From positions 5,935-69,934 of the forward strand of contig CALVSO010000002.1 in assembly GCA_944359055.1 (NCBI GenBank): DNA of 64,000 nucleotides, given 5' to 3'. Below are positions 52,840 through 63,007 of the stretch, in pieces (positions within the stretch are counted from its first letter, which is position 1; the number at the start of each line of letters is the position of its first letter). The DNA is from an uncultured Bacilli bacterium (GTDB lineage: Bacteria > Bacillota_I > Bacilli_A > RF39 > UBA660). Both the position numbers and the translations under genes were made by a program. The notes beneath the pieces are model-generated. The model was given only the letters and a program-made list of their open reading frames with translations. It was not told the origin of the DNA and searched no databases.

Positions 52840-53268
52840 ATGAAAAATTCTTATATGCAAAGAAAAGAAGATGTAGTAAGAGATTGGTGGGTAATCGATG
52901 CTGAAGGTGAAAATTTAGGTCGTTTAGCTACTAAAGTTGCTACAGTATTACGTGGTAAACACAAACCAACTTATACTCCACATATTGATGGTGGTGATAA
53001 CGTTATCATAATTAATGCTAGTAAAATTAATTTAACTGGTAATAAATTAGATGATAAAATCTATTACAATCATAGTGGATATACTGGTGGATTAAGAGAA
53101 AGAACTGCAAGAACTATGCGTGAAGATTATCCTGTAGAAATGATTGAAAGAGCTGTAAAAGGTATGTTACCAAAAGGAAGATTAGGTAGACAAATGTATA
53201 AAAAATTATTTGTTTATGCTGGAAGCGAACATCCACATATGGCTCAAAAACCAAAGGAAATGAAATAG
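52840..53268 (+). CDS. rplM: 50S ribosomal protein L13
   Basis: [19 protein letters not shown]. Confidence 0.94.
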   Translation: MKNSYMQRKEDVVRDWWVIDAEGENLGRLATKVATVLRGKHKPTYTPHIDGGDNVIIINASKINLTGNKLDDKIYYNHSGYTGGLRERTARTMREDYPVEMIERAVKGMLPKGRLGRQMYKKLFVYAGSEHPHMAQKPKEMK

Positions 53269-53277
53269 GAGGAATTT

Positions 53278-53691
53278 ATGGAAAAGAAAATATATCTTGG
53301 TACTGGTAGAAGAAAATCTTCTGTAGCTCAAGTTAAAATGACTTCAGGTAGCGGTAAAATTACTGTTAATGGTCGTGATGTTAGAGAATTCTTCCCATAT
53401 GAAACTAATGTTATGGATTTAATGCAACCATTAGTAGCTACAAATAACGAAAAAACATTCGATATTGATGTAAAAGTTAATGGTGGCGGTTTTACAGGTC
53501 AAACAGGAGCAATCAGATTAGGAATTACAAGAGCTTTATTAGAATATGATAAAGTAAATGAAGAATCAGAAAATAGTTATCGTAAAGTTTTAAAAAGAGC
53601 TGGTTTTGTAACTAGAGACGCAAGACAAAAAGAACGTAAGAAACCAGGATTAAAAGCAGCTCGTCGTGCACCACAATTTAGTAAAAGATAA
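53278..53691 (+). CDS. rpsI: 30S ribosomal protein S9
   Basis: C-terminal ...[16 protein letters not shown]. Confidence 0.94.
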   Translation: MEKKIYLGTGRRKSSVAQVKMTSGSGKITVNGRDVREFFPYETNVMDLMQPLVATNNEKTFDIDVKVNGGGFTGQTGAIRLGITRALLEYDKVNEESENSYRKVLKRAGFVTRDARQKERKKPGLKAARRAPQFSKR

Positions 53692-53717
53692 TCAAGTATT
53701 TACTTGGTTATTTTTTT
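53691..53717 (+). terminator. Probable intrinsic terminator after rpsI
   Basis: atcaagta-tt-tacttggt stem plus a T7 run. Confidence 0.45.
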
Positions 53718-53745
53718 GTGTTAAAATTGATTTGGTGGTGATTTT

Positions 53746-55125
53746 ATGGAAAATATTTCACAAATAACTGATATGTTAGAGCTTGAAATAGAAAAATTTA
53801 AATCTGACAAAGATGAATTAGAACAAGCAAAAACTTTAAATGATTTATATGAAGATATTATTAGTTCAGCTGGTGATATAAATAAAATAATAAACAACAA
53901 AGAAGCTATTTTAATAATATTAGATACATTTGATAAAGATATCGCTCTACAATTATCAAAAAAACTGGTTTTAATTCAATGGTATCAACAAAAGAATTTG
54001 ATAGATTTAGATGAATATAAGAATGCTATTAAAATTGTAAATAATTTATTTGGTAAAATAATTAGAAAAAATGAAGAAATAAAAGACAAAATTGCCGATT
54101 TAAATAAAAGGATAAATGCCAACAAAGGCAAAATAAAATTATTTGAAATTACTTTAAAAAAAATAAAATATAAACAATATATACCATATAAAATTGTTAA
54201 ATTTTTAGATAATTTTTTTCAAGAAAAAGAAATTTCACAAATTGAACAAATTAAATTTTTAGAAATTATAAATATATATAATAGAAATATATACGAAAAG
54301 ATTCATCATTATTCTCCAAGTTATAAAAATGAAGTTTTAGATATGTTATCATTTGGATTTGAAATAATTGAAGATAATAGTCTTGATTATAATCAAGACA
54401 TTGCTAAGAAAGCAGATCTCCATTATTCTCTTTTAAAATATCAAGATGATTTTAAACAATATTTTGAAGAAATTAGGCAAGAAATATTAAACGAAAATGA
54501 TTTAAAATTGTTTTTTATAATAATGATTCAAAAGTTACAAGAGCAGATACTTGAAAATATTACATTAATTAAAGATAAAGATTTCTATGTCGATCTGGAT
54601 ACAAAAAAAGAAATTGTTAATGAATTTAAAAGATTAACGAGTCTATCTCTAAAATTTAGAAAAGAATATTTTAATATTATTAGTAAAGATGATGAAGTTG
54701 TTGAAACATCTGATATAAAAGTAATTTTTGCTCAAGATTCAAATGGTAAAACATATTTTTTAAAGGATTTAAAAAATATCAATAATGAATATTTACCAAA
54801 AGTTTTAGATTTAATTACATCATTAATTAATGGTACACTAACAAATAAAAATATTGAGGGTTTTACATCTCTTTACAAAGATTTTAGAAAATTAAAAGAT
54901 GATCAAATAAGAATTGTCTTACATCCAATTAATCCTAAACTTTATTGTATAATGGGGGTTGGAGTAAAAAAGAATAATACAGGTAATATTATATATAAAA
55001 CTTTATGTGGAAGAAAATATCCAACAAATGAAACAGAAATATCTAGATTACTTGAAAGTAGTGATAATGATTTAGAATATATTGAACAATATATTATGGA
55101 AAACAAAAGGAAGGGAAATAGATGA
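53746..55125 (+). CDS. Hypothetical K/E/N-rich helical protein with a RelE/ParE-like C-terminal region
   Basis: C-terminus ...FRKLKDDQIRIVLHPINPKLYCIMGVGVKKNNTGNIIYK resembles the RelE/ParE beta-strand core (yRivY.vd...v.il.vGhRk..Y). No other recognisable motif. Confidence 0.45.
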   Translation: MENISQITDMLELEIEKFKSDKDELEQAKTLNDLYEDIISSAGDINKIINNKEAILIILDTFDKDIALQLSKKLVLIQWYQQKNLIDLDEYKNAIKIVNNLFGKIIRKNEEIKDKIADLNKRINANKGKIKLFEITLKKIKYKQYIPYKIVKFLDNFFQEKEISQIEQIKFLEIINIYNRNIYEKIHHYSPSYKNEVLDMLSFGFEIIEDNSLDYNQDIAKKADLHYSLLKYQDDFKQYFEEIRQEILNENDLKLFFIIMIQKLQEQILENITLIKDKDFYVDLDTKKEIVNEFKRLTSLSLKFRKEYFNIISKDDEVVETSDIKVIFAQDSNGKTYFLKDLKNINNEYLPKVLDLITSLINGTLTNKNIEGFTSLYKDFRKLKDDQIRIVLHPINPKLYCIMGVGVKKNNTGNIIYKTLCGRKYPTNETEISRLLESSDNDLEYIEQYIMENKRKGNR

Positions 55126-55316
55126 TAGAATATTTATTAAAAGAATTACTTGATATGAATGTATCTAATGAAGATTTTGATGAAAAATACTATATATTAT
55201 TAAAAAATGTAAGTCAAATGAGTAGTGAACAATTACAAAAACTTAAACAAATTGTTTTGAAAAAATTAGAGTATGATTCAGGAATTTATGAACGAGAAGC
55301 AGAAAGGACAAAATAA
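55122..55316 (+). CDS. Hypothetical 64-aa protein, translationally coupled on both sides
   Basis: ATGA overlaps with the upstream gene and with ldh. Confidence 0.35.
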   Translation: MIEYLLKELLDMNVSNEDFDEKYYILLKNVSQMSSEQLQKLKQIVLKKLEYDSGIYEREAERTK

Positions 55317-56218
55317 TGAATAAGATAGTTTTAATTGGATGCGGTAATGTTGGTATGAGTTATGCTTATGCTTTATTAAATCAAAATACTAATGTAAATG
55401 AATTGGTTTTAATTGATTTAGATAAAGAAAGAGTGGTAGGCGAAGTAATGGATTTAAATCATTGTTTAGCTTTTGCACCAAATAAAATTGATATTAAAGC
55501 AGGTAGTTATGAAGATTGTAAAAATGCTACTATAGTAGTTATTGCAGCTGGTGCAAATCAAGAAAAAGGTGAAACAAGAATGGATTTAATCTATAAAAAT
55601 AGTAAAATCTTTAAAGATATTGTTACTAAAGTTATGGATAGTGGTTTTAATGGTATTTTTTTAGTAGCTACTAATCCATTAGATGTAATGACATATTTAA
55701 CATGGAAATATTCTAATTTACCTACTAATAAAATAATTGGATCAGGCACTAGTTTAGATACATCAAGACTAAGATATATGATAGCAGATAAATTAGAAAT
55801 TAGTCCTAAAAATGTTCATGCTTATGTTATTGGGGAACATGGTGATTCAGAGTTTGTTCCTTGGAGTAATGCCAATATAGGACTACAAAATATTAAAGAT
55901 TATTTAAATGATAATGAATTAAATGAAATTTACTTAAATGTTAAAAATGCTGCTTATGAAATAATCAACAGAAAAGGTGCTACATACTATGGAATTGGTA
56001 TGTGTTTAGTTAGAATTACAAATGCTATTTTAAATAACGAGAATAGTATTATAACAGTGTCAACTTATGATGAAGAAAATAATATTTTTATTGGATTGCC
56101 AGCTATTATTAATAAAAATGGAATTAAAGGTAAGATATTTGTTAATTTAACAGATGAAGAAACTAAAAAATTACAAGATTCAATCAATGTAATTAAAGAG
56201 GCTATATCTAGACTATAA
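55316..56218 (+). CDS. ldh: L-lactate dehydrogenase
   Basis: IVLIGCGNVGMSYA NAD motif, GEHGDS catalytic His. Confidence 0.88.
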   Translation: MNKIVLIGCGNVGMSYAYALLNQNTNVNELVLIDLDKERVVGEVMDLNHCLAFAPNKIDIKAGSYEDCKNATIVVIAAGANQEKGETRMDLIYKNSKIFKDIVTKVMDSGFNGIFLVATNPLDVMTYLTWKYSNLPTNKIIGSGTSLDTSRLRYMIADKLEISPKNVHAYVIGEHGDSEFVPWSNANIGLQNIKDYLNDNELNEIYLNVKNAAYEIINRKGATYYGIGMCLVRITNAILNNENSIITVSTYDEENNIFIGLPAIINKNGIKGKIFVNLTDEETKKLQDSINVIKEAISRL

Positions 56219-56291
56219 GTTGACAGGGAAAAAATATTTTTCTTGACTAAGAAGTTTCATGATAATATAATTTTTATTAGAGGCGATTAAA

Positions 56292-57443
56292 ATGATCAAT
56301 AGAATTATATTAAATGAAACTTCTTATTTTGGTTATGGGTCAAGAAGTGTATTAAAAGATGAGATAAAAAAAAGAAGATATAAAAAAGCTTTAATAGTAA
56401 CGCAAGAAAATATTTTAAAAAATGTTACTGATAAAGTATTACAAGTATTAGAAGGATTTGAATACGAATTATTTATGGAAATAAAACCAAATCCAACTAT
56501 AAAAAATGTTAAAGATGGTGTTAGTAAATGTAAGGAAATTAATGCTGATTATATTATTGCTATTGGTGGTGGATCAGTTATTGATACTGCTAAAGCAATT
56601 GGTATTATTATGACTAATCCTGAATTTAGTAATGTTGTTTCTTTAGATGGTACTGCAGAAACAAAAAATAAGTCATTACCTATTATAGCTATTCCAACTA
56701 CTGCTGGAACTGCAGCAGAAGTAACTATTAACTATGTTATAACTGATGAAGAAAGAGTTAAAAAAATGGTATGCGTTGATCCTCATGATATTCCTGTTTT
56801 ATCAATTATTGATCAAGAATTAATGATGGAAATGCCTAAAATGGTAGCTGCTTCTACTGGTATGGATGCTTTAACTCATGCTATTGAAGGATTTATTACT
56901 AAAGCTGCTTGGGAAATGACCGATATGTTTCATTTAGAAGCAATTAAATTAATATTTAATAGTATTGAACAAGCGGTAAATGAAAAAGATAAAAAAGCTA
57001 TTGAAAATGTAGGATTAGGTCAATATATAGCCGGTATGGGATTTTCTAATGTAGGTTTAGGCTTAGTTCATGCTATGGCTCATCCATTAGGAGCTTTATA
57101 TGATACACCACATGGTATAGCTAATGCAGTTATTTTACCTTATGTAATAGAATATAACTCTAATGTTTGTTATGATAAATTAAAAGAAATAGCTAAAGCT
57201 ATGAATTTAGAAGTTGATAATTTATCTAATGAAGAAGTAGCTAGTAATATAGTAAATTCTATTAAAGAAATGAATAAAAAATTAGGTATTCCTTCTAATT
57301 TAAAAGAATTAAATGCTTCTTTAAAAGATATGGATTGGCTAGCTAATGCTGCTTATAATGATATTTGTTTAGGTGGTAATCCAAAAGAAGCTAGTGTTGA
57401 AAATATTAAAAAAATATACGAAAGAATATATGAGGGGATTTAA
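56292..57443 (+). CDS. Iron-containing (group III) alcohol dehydrogenase (lactaldehyde/propanediol oxidoreductase-like)
   Basis: GGGSVIDTAKA motif and His-rich metal site (HAMAHPLGA). Confidence 0.82.
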   Translation: MINRIILNETSYFGYGSRSVLKDEIKKRRYKKALIVTQENILKNVTDKVLQVLEGFEYELFMEIKPNPTIKNVKDGVSKCKEINADYIIAIGGGSVIDTAKAIGIIMTNPEFSNVVSLDGTAETKNKSLPIIAIPTTAGTAAEVTINYVITDEERVKKMVCVDPHDIPVLSIIDQELMMEMPKMVAASTGMDALTHAIEGFITKAAWEMTDMFHLEAIKLIFNSIEQAVNEKDKKAIENVGLGQYIAGMGFSNVGLGLVHAMAHPLGALYDTPHGIANAVILPYVIEYNSNVCYDKLKEIAKAMNLEVDNLSNEEVASNIVNSIKEMNKKLGIPSNLKELNASLKDMDWLANAAYNDICLGGNPKEASVENIKKIYERIYEGI

Positions 57444-57480
57444 AATCTCCTTTTATTTATGGTATAATTAATAAAGGTGA
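57437..57480 (+). repeat. Copy 1 of a 44-bp terminator-hairpin/extended -10/RBS module (gatttaaaatctccttttatttatggtataattaataaaggtga)
   Basis: Identical copy at 57933-57976. Each copy lies 4-8 nt upstream of an ATG. Confidence 0.7.
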
Positions 57481-57484
57481 TAAG

Positions 57485-57898
57485 ATGCAAATATTAAAAA
57501 ATATAAAATTAAATAATATAAATTATTATGCAGTAATCGAATTAGAATATAAGCAATCAGAAAACAAATTGCCAGTATTACGTCTTAAAAATTACAAAGA
57601 TGGTTATTGGGATAGCGGAGATTGTTCAATTTTAATTGAAAAAATTGAAGAAAATTATTCATCAAAAAAAGCACATCAATATGATAATAATATTGCTTAC
57701 ATGGCTGATATTTTATATATATATGATAGAATGCCTTTTATAAGTGGTGTAAAAGACATTAACATTTCTAATAATATGATATCTGAAGAATCATATATTT
57801 CAAAAGAAGAAATAGAAAAATATATTAAAGAATTTGATGTAAAAATGAATTATATTGATAATTTTAAATTAAGTGATTCTAGGACTTGGAAATTTTAA
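57485..57898 (+). CDS. Hypothetical 137-aa protein flanked by the duplicated module
   Basis: No recognisable motif. Preceded by TGgTATAAT and RBS aaaggtga. Confidence 0.45.
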   Translation: MQILKNIKLNNINYYAVIELEYKQSENKLPVLRLKNYKDGYWDSGDCSILIEKIEENYSSKKAHQYDNNIAYMADILYIYDRMPFISGVKDINISNNMISEESYISKEEIEKYIKEFDVKMNYIDNFKLSDSRTWKF

Positions 57899-57932
57899 TA
57901 TATTCATTTTAAAAACTAAAATTGTAAAAGGA

Positions 57933-57976
57933 GATTTAAAATCTCCTTTTATTTATGGTATAATTAATAAAGGTGA
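57933..57976 (+). repeat. Copy 2 of the 44-bp module
   Basis: See copy 1. Confidence 0.7.
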
Positions 57977-57980
57977 TTTT

Positions 57981-58853
57981 ATGTTGTTAAGTAATGAATG
58001 GATTGATTATGAATGTTTAAGTGCTGGTAATGGTGAAAAATTAGAAAGATGGGGTAATGTAATTTTAAGAAGACCCGATCCTCAAGCAATGTGGCCTATT
58101 AAAAATAGTAATTTATGGAATAATATAGATGCTTTTTATCATCGTTCTAATAAAGGTGGAGGTTATTGGGAATATAAAAAACAATTACCTGATCATTGGA
58201 TAATAAAGTATAAAGATTTGAAGTTTAAAGTAAGTCCTACTAATTTTAAACACACAGGATTATTTCCTGAACAAGCAGCCAATTGGGATTTTTCAATTAA
58301 TAAAATAAAAAATAGTAAAAGAAAAATTAAAGTTTTGAATTTATTTGCTTATACAGGTGGAGCAACTATGGCAGCAAGTTATGCAGGAGCTGATGTTGTT
58401 CATGTTGATGCATCTAAAGGTATGGTTGAATGGGCAAAAGAAAATATGAAATTATGTGGATTAGAAAATAATAAAATAAGATTTATTGTGGATGATTGCT
58501 TAAAATTTGTACAAAGAGAATTTAGAAGAGGAAATAAATATGATGTAATTATTATGGATCCTCCTAGTTATGGAAGGGGTCCTAATGGTGAAATGTGGAA
58601 GTTTGAAGACAATTTATATAATTTAATTAATGAATGTTTAAAAATATTAAGTGATGAACCATTATTTTTCTTAATTAATGCCTATACAACTGGTATATCA
58701 AGTACAGTTTTATATAATATTTTAAAAACTACTTTAGAAAGTAAATATAAAGGAAAAGTTATTGCTGGAGAAATTGGGTTACCTATTAAAGATAATAATT
58801 TAGTTTTACCTTGTGGTATATATGGAAGATGGGAAAATGAAGATACTATATGA
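57981..58853 (+). CDS. Class I SAM-dependent RNA methyltransferase (RlmI/YwbD-like)
   Basis: FAYTGGATMAAS...DAS (SAM site) and DPPSYG motif. ATG 57981 follows the RBS in the repeated module. Confidence 0.7.
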   Translation: MLLSNEWIDYECLSAGNGEKLERWGNVILRRPDPQAMWPIKNSNLWNNIDAFYHRSNKGGGYWEYKKQLPDHWIIKYKDLKFKVSPTNFKHTGLFPEQAANWDFSINKIKNSKRKIKVLNLFAYTGGATMAASYAGADVVHVDASKGMVEWAKENMKLCGLENNKIRFIVDDCLKFVQREFRRGNKYDVIIMDPPSYGRGPNGEMWKFEDNLYNLINECLKILSDEPLFFLINAYTTGISSTVLYNILKTTLESKYKGKVIAGEIGLPIKDNNLVLPCGIYGRWENEDTI

Positions 58854-59478
58854 AGATAATCATTTATTAGTAGTTGTAAAACCAGTTAATGTTCCAGTTT
58901 GTGAAGATGAATCTAAAGATGAAGATTTATTAAATATGTTAAAAAAGTATTTAAAAGAAAAATATAATAAACCAGGAAATGTTTATTTAGGGTTAGTCCA
59001 CAGATTAGATAGACCTGTAAGTGGTGTTATGGTATTTGCTAAAACTAGTAAAGCAGCTTCAAGATTAAGTGAACAAATAAGATTAAATAAGTTAAAAAAA
59101 GAATATCACGCTATAGTTATTGGTAAAGTTGATAAAGGTATCTATAAGGATAATTTATTAAAAGATAAAAAAACAAATATAACTAAAGTAGATAAAAATG
59201 GAAAAGAATCAATTTTAGAATATGAATTAGTAAAATATGTTAATAATTATTCATTAGTAAAAATTAATTTAAAAACAGGAAGATCACATCAAATAAGAGT
59301 TCAATTTTCATATCATAATCATCCATTGGTAGGAGATAATAAATATAATAAAATAGAAGTAAAAAAAATCCCTGTTTGTTTATTTGCTAATAAATTAACA
59401 TTTTATCATCCAATAACAAAGGAAGAATTAGTTTTTGAAGAACCATTACCTAATTATTATCCTTGGAACTTATTTTAG
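58837..59478 (+). CDS. RluA-family pseudouridine synthase (short form lacking the S4 domain)
   Basis: HRLDRPVSGVMVFAKT catalytic Asp motif. Confidence 0.8.
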   Translation: MKILYEDNHLLVVVKPVNVPVCEDESKDEDLLNMLKKYLKEKYNKPGNVYLGLVHRLDRPVSGVMVFAKTSKAASRLSEQIRLNKLKKEYHAIVIGKVDKGIYKDNLLKDKKTNITKVDKNGKESILEYELVKYVNNYSLVKINLKTGRSHQIRVQFSYHNHPLVGDNKYNKIEVKKIPVCLFANKLTFYHPITKEELVFEEPLPNYYPWNLF

Positions 59479-59564
59479 ACACAAAAGTGTCTAATTTTTT
59501 AATATTTGACAAAACAACTTTAAATAAAATTTATTTATGGTAAAATAATTATTTGAGGTATATT

Positions 59565-60932
59565 ATGAAGAAGATAGTTATCATAGTTGTTATAAGTTTT
59601 ATTATTTTATTATATTTATTTACTTTAAAAATAAATATAACTGTGAATAGTGATAATGTTAAAGTATTTGATAATTATAATGAAGATATATCAAGCTGTT
59701 TAGAAGATATATTTGGTTTTTGCTTGTTCAAATTACCAGTTAATATAGAAGGTAATGTTGATACTAATGTAATTGGTAATTATAAAATTACATATGAATC
59801 AAAAATATTATTTAAAAATAAAAAAATAGAAAAAGAAATAAAAGTTTATGATGATGAACCTCCAGTTATTACTGTGGATAAAGATGTAATTGAGTCTTGT
59901 CCAAATAAAAATGGTGATATTACATATAAAGCTGTGGATAATTATGATAATGATATAACTGACAAAGTAACTAAAGAAGTAATTGATAATAAATATGTTT
60001 TGAAAGTTAGTGATAGTTCAAATAATGAAACTATTTTAGAAATACCAATAGAATATAAAGATAATGAAAAACCAACAATAAAATTAAAAGGATCTAGTAT
60101 AGTTTATTTGAAAATTGGTGAAAAATATAATGAATATGGTTATACTGCTATTGATAATTGTTTAGGCGATATAACTAATAGAGTAAAGATAAGTGGTAAT
60201 GTTGATAGCAATAAAGCAGGAAAATATACTATAACATATTCAGTATCTGATGATTTGAATAATAAAATTGAAGTCACTAGAACAGTTTATGTATATAATA
60301 AAAATCCTGATATTCCAGTAGGAGATAAAGTAATTTATTTAACATTTGATGATGGTCCAAGTAGTTATACTAATACTTTATTAGATACATTAAAAAAATA
60401 TAATGTAAAAGCTACATTTTTCGTAACTAGTAATGGAAGTGATTCAACAATTAAAAGAGCTTATCAAGAAGGACATAGTATAGGAATTCATAGTTATAGT
60501 CATAAATATAACGAAATATATAAAAGTGAAGAAGCGTTTTTTAAAGATGTAGACAAAGTTAATAATAGAATAAAAAGAATAACAGGAGAATATAGTCGTA
60601 TTTTAAGATTTGCTGGTGGTAGTTCTAATACTGTAAGTAGATTTAATAAAGGAATAATGAGTAGATTATCTAAAGAAGTTGAATTAAGAGGTTATAAATA
60701 TTTTGATTGGAATGTTTCTTCATCTGATACAATTACAAATGATTCAAATAAAATAGCTAATAATGTTATAAAAAGTTTAAGAAAAGGAAATAATGTAGTA
60801 TTACAACATGATACAAAATATGGAAGTGTCAAAGCAGTAGAACAAATAATTCAATATGGATTATCACATGGATATGTATTTGCTTCATTAAATGTAACCA
60901 GTCCAACAGTGCATCATGCTATTAATAATTAA
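59565..60932 (+). CDS. Membrane-anchored polysaccharide deacetylase (NodB domain, PdaB-like) with N-terminal Ig-like domains
   Basis: TFDDGP and HSYSH motifs. N-terminal TM helix. Confidence 0.75.
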   Translation: MKKIVIIVVISFIILLYLFTLKINITVNSDNVKVFDNYNEDISSCLEDIFGFCLFKLPVNIEGNVDTNVIGNYKITYESKILFKNKKIEKEIKVYDDEPPVITVDKDVIESCPNKNGDITYKAVDNYDNDITDKVTKEVIDNKYVLKVSDSSNNETILEIPIEYKDNEKPTIKLKGSSIVYLKIGEKYNEYGYTAIDNCLGDITNRVKISGNVDSNKAGKYTITYSVSDDLNNKIEVTRTVYVYNKNPDIPVGDKVIYLTFDDGPSSYTNTLLDTLKKYNVKATFFVTSNGSDSTIKRAYQEGHSIGIHSYSHKYNEIYKSEEAFFKDVDKVNNRIKRITGEYSRILRFAGGSSNTVSRFNKGIMSRLSKEVELRGYKYFDWNVSSSDTITNDSNKIANNVIKSLRKGNNVVLQHDTKYGSVKAVEQIIQYGLSHGYVFASLNVTSPTVHHAINN

Positions 60933-61036
60933 TAGTTTAAATAATAAAAAAATTTTATACATGCATGTAATTTAGATGAAAAAAATTCTAACCAGATTAA
61001 TTTTTTAGATACTATATAAGTGAAAGGTGATTAATT

Positions 61037-61510
61037 GTGGATAAAATCTATGATAAATATTATTATAAAATATATTATTGGGCTATAAAGAAAACAAAGA
61101 ATAAAGAAGATGCAGAAGATTTAACTAATAATGTTTTTTTAGCTATCTTTGAATATTTAAATAAAAACATTAATATAGAAAAAATAGATAATTTAATATG
61201 GAAAATTGCTTATAATTTATGGTGCACCAAAGCAAAAAAATATATTAAAGAAAAGAACAATGTTGCTCTTGAAGAAGATTATCAAATCGGGTATAAAACT
61301 GATATGATAGATAAAATAATATATAAGGAAATTATAAATAATTTAGATGTAATAGGTTTAACTTCAAAAGAAAAAGTTTCATTTGAAATGTATTATATTA
61401 ATGACCTTTCAATAAAAGAAATAAGTAAAGAATTAAATACTAAAGAGGCAAATATAAAATTTTATTTATATAGTGCTAGAAATAAGATAAAGGAGAGATA
61501 TTATGAATAA
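61037..61510 (+). CDS. Sigma-70 family (ECF-like) RNA polymerase sigma factor
   Basis: Region 2 (EDAEDLTNNVFLAIFEY) and region 4 HTH (LSIKEISKELNTKEANIKFYLYSARNKIK). Confidence 0.7.
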   Translation: MDKIYDKYYYKIYYWAIKKTKNKEDAEDLTNNVFLAIFEYLNKNINIEKIDNLIWKIAYNLWCTKAKKYIKEKNNVALEEDYQIGYKTDMIDKIIYKEIINNLDVIGLTSKEKVSFEMYYINDLSIKEISKELNTKEANIKFYLYSARNKIKERYYE

Positions 61511-62201
61511 TTTGAATTTAGACAAATATTTAAATATTACTAACGCTGAAAAAATAAAAAAAGGATTAGAAAATTATATACCATTATATCCGATGTTAAG
61601 AGTAGAAAATAATAAATTATATGTTGGCGTAATGATAACAGCAGAAGAGGATAATGTTTGGAGTAGTACCGCACAAGTAAAACCAGAATATTGGGTATTA
61701 ATAGATATTAATAATGATAATATATTAGAATTTAATAAAACTAGTGATAAAGATTTTATTATTGGATCTTTAATTCCAAAAAATATAGATAATAAACAGC
61801 AAGAATTATCAAAATATACAATTGAAAAAACATTACAATATAAAAATTATTTAATTAATGACATTAAAAATGAGGAATTACCACTACAAAAAAAATTATC
61901 ATCTATACTTGGTAAAGAAATAGAAATTGATAATGAAAAAGTAAACATAAATGATTACTTATTATCAAATTTAGAAGAAGATATAACAACTAAAGTAAAT
62001 GAATTAATAAATATACTTATCCAATCTAAATATGGCTCAATTACTTTCTATTATGATAATCTTTATTCACAAATCATAAATGAGTATAAAAATATTGGTA
62101 CTATTAATAATGATAAAATTAAATTATGTATGGAAATTATGAATAATTATTATGATGGAGTGATTGGAATAGATAATTTCTTTAATATTAGTGAGTATTA
62201 G
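61503..62201 (+). CDS. Hypothetical protein co-transcribed with (and overlapping) the sigma-factor gene
   Basis: ATGA overlap. No TM and no recognisable motif. Confidence 0.4.
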   Translation: MNNLNLDKYLNITNAEKIKKGLENYIPLYPMLRVENNKLYVGVMITAEEDNVWSSTAQVKPEYWVLIDINNDNILEFNKTSDKDFIIGSLIPKNIDNKQQELSKYTIEKTLQYKNYLINDIKNEELPLQKKLSSILGKEIEIDNEKVNINDYLLSNLEEDITTKVNELINILIQSKYGSITFYYDNLYSQIINEYKNIGTINNDKIKLCMEIMNNYYDGVIGIDNFFNISEY

Positions 62202-62293
62202 ATATGAATTAGAAATTTAAGTTAAATTATTTAACAGAATCGTAATTAGTAGATTTATCTACTTTTTTTCATATATTTAAATAGGTGAAATAT

Positions 62294-62950
62294 ATGAAAA
62301 ATAAGATATTTTATTTATTATTGTTTTTAATAAGTCTATATACTATTGGAATAATTAATGCTTTAAATTTACCTTTATTAGGAAAAGTTATATATATAGA
62401 TCCAGGTCATGGAGGAACGGATCCAGGGGCTATATACAATGATTTATTTGAATCAAATTTGAATTTACAAATAAGTTTAAAAATTCAAACTGAACTAGAA
62501 AAAAATGGAGCAATAGTTTACTTAACTAGATATGGTGATTATGATTTATCTGTTAAAAACGCAATAAATAGAAAAAGAAGTGATTTATCTAGAAGAGCGA
62601 ATATAATAAATGATTCAAAAGCTGATATATATTTATCAATTCATTTAAATTCAGATGTATCTAGTACGTGGCAAGGAGCTCAAGCATTTTATGATATAGT
62701 AAACGATAAAAATGAAGTAATAGCTAAAATAATGCAAGAACAATTTAAAATAGATTTAAAAACTAATCGTGAATATAAACAAATAAATGATCATTATTTA
62801 TATCAAAGAGTAAAAATACCAGGCGTTTTATTAGAAGTTGGATTTATATCAAATCCTAATGAAAGATATTTATTAAAACAAGATAATTATCAAAAAAAAA
62901 TTGCTAATAGCATAAAAAACGGATTAATCAATTATTTTACACAAATTTAA
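62294..62950 (+). CDS. cwlD: N-acetylmuramoyl-L-alanine amidase (Amidase_3), CwlD-like germination-specific amidase
   Basis: IYIDPGHGGTDPGA and ADIYLSIHLNS motifs with an N-terminal TM helix. ATG 62294 behind RBS aggtga. Confidence 0.72.
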   Translation: MKNKIFYLLLFLISLYTIGIINALNLPLLGKVIYIDPGHGGTDPGAIYNDLFESNLNLQISLKIQTELEKNGAIVYLTRYGDYDLSVKNAINRKRSDLSRRANIINDSKADIYLSIHLNSDVSSTWQGAQAFYDIVNDKNEVIAKIMQEQFKIDLKTNREYKQINDHYLYQRVKIPGVLLEVGFISNPNERYLLKQDNYQKKIANSIKNGLINYFTQI

Positions 62951-63007
62951 AATTTAATCTTGTAAAAAAATGTTAAAAATGGTATCATTATTCTAGAGGT
63001 GGAAATT

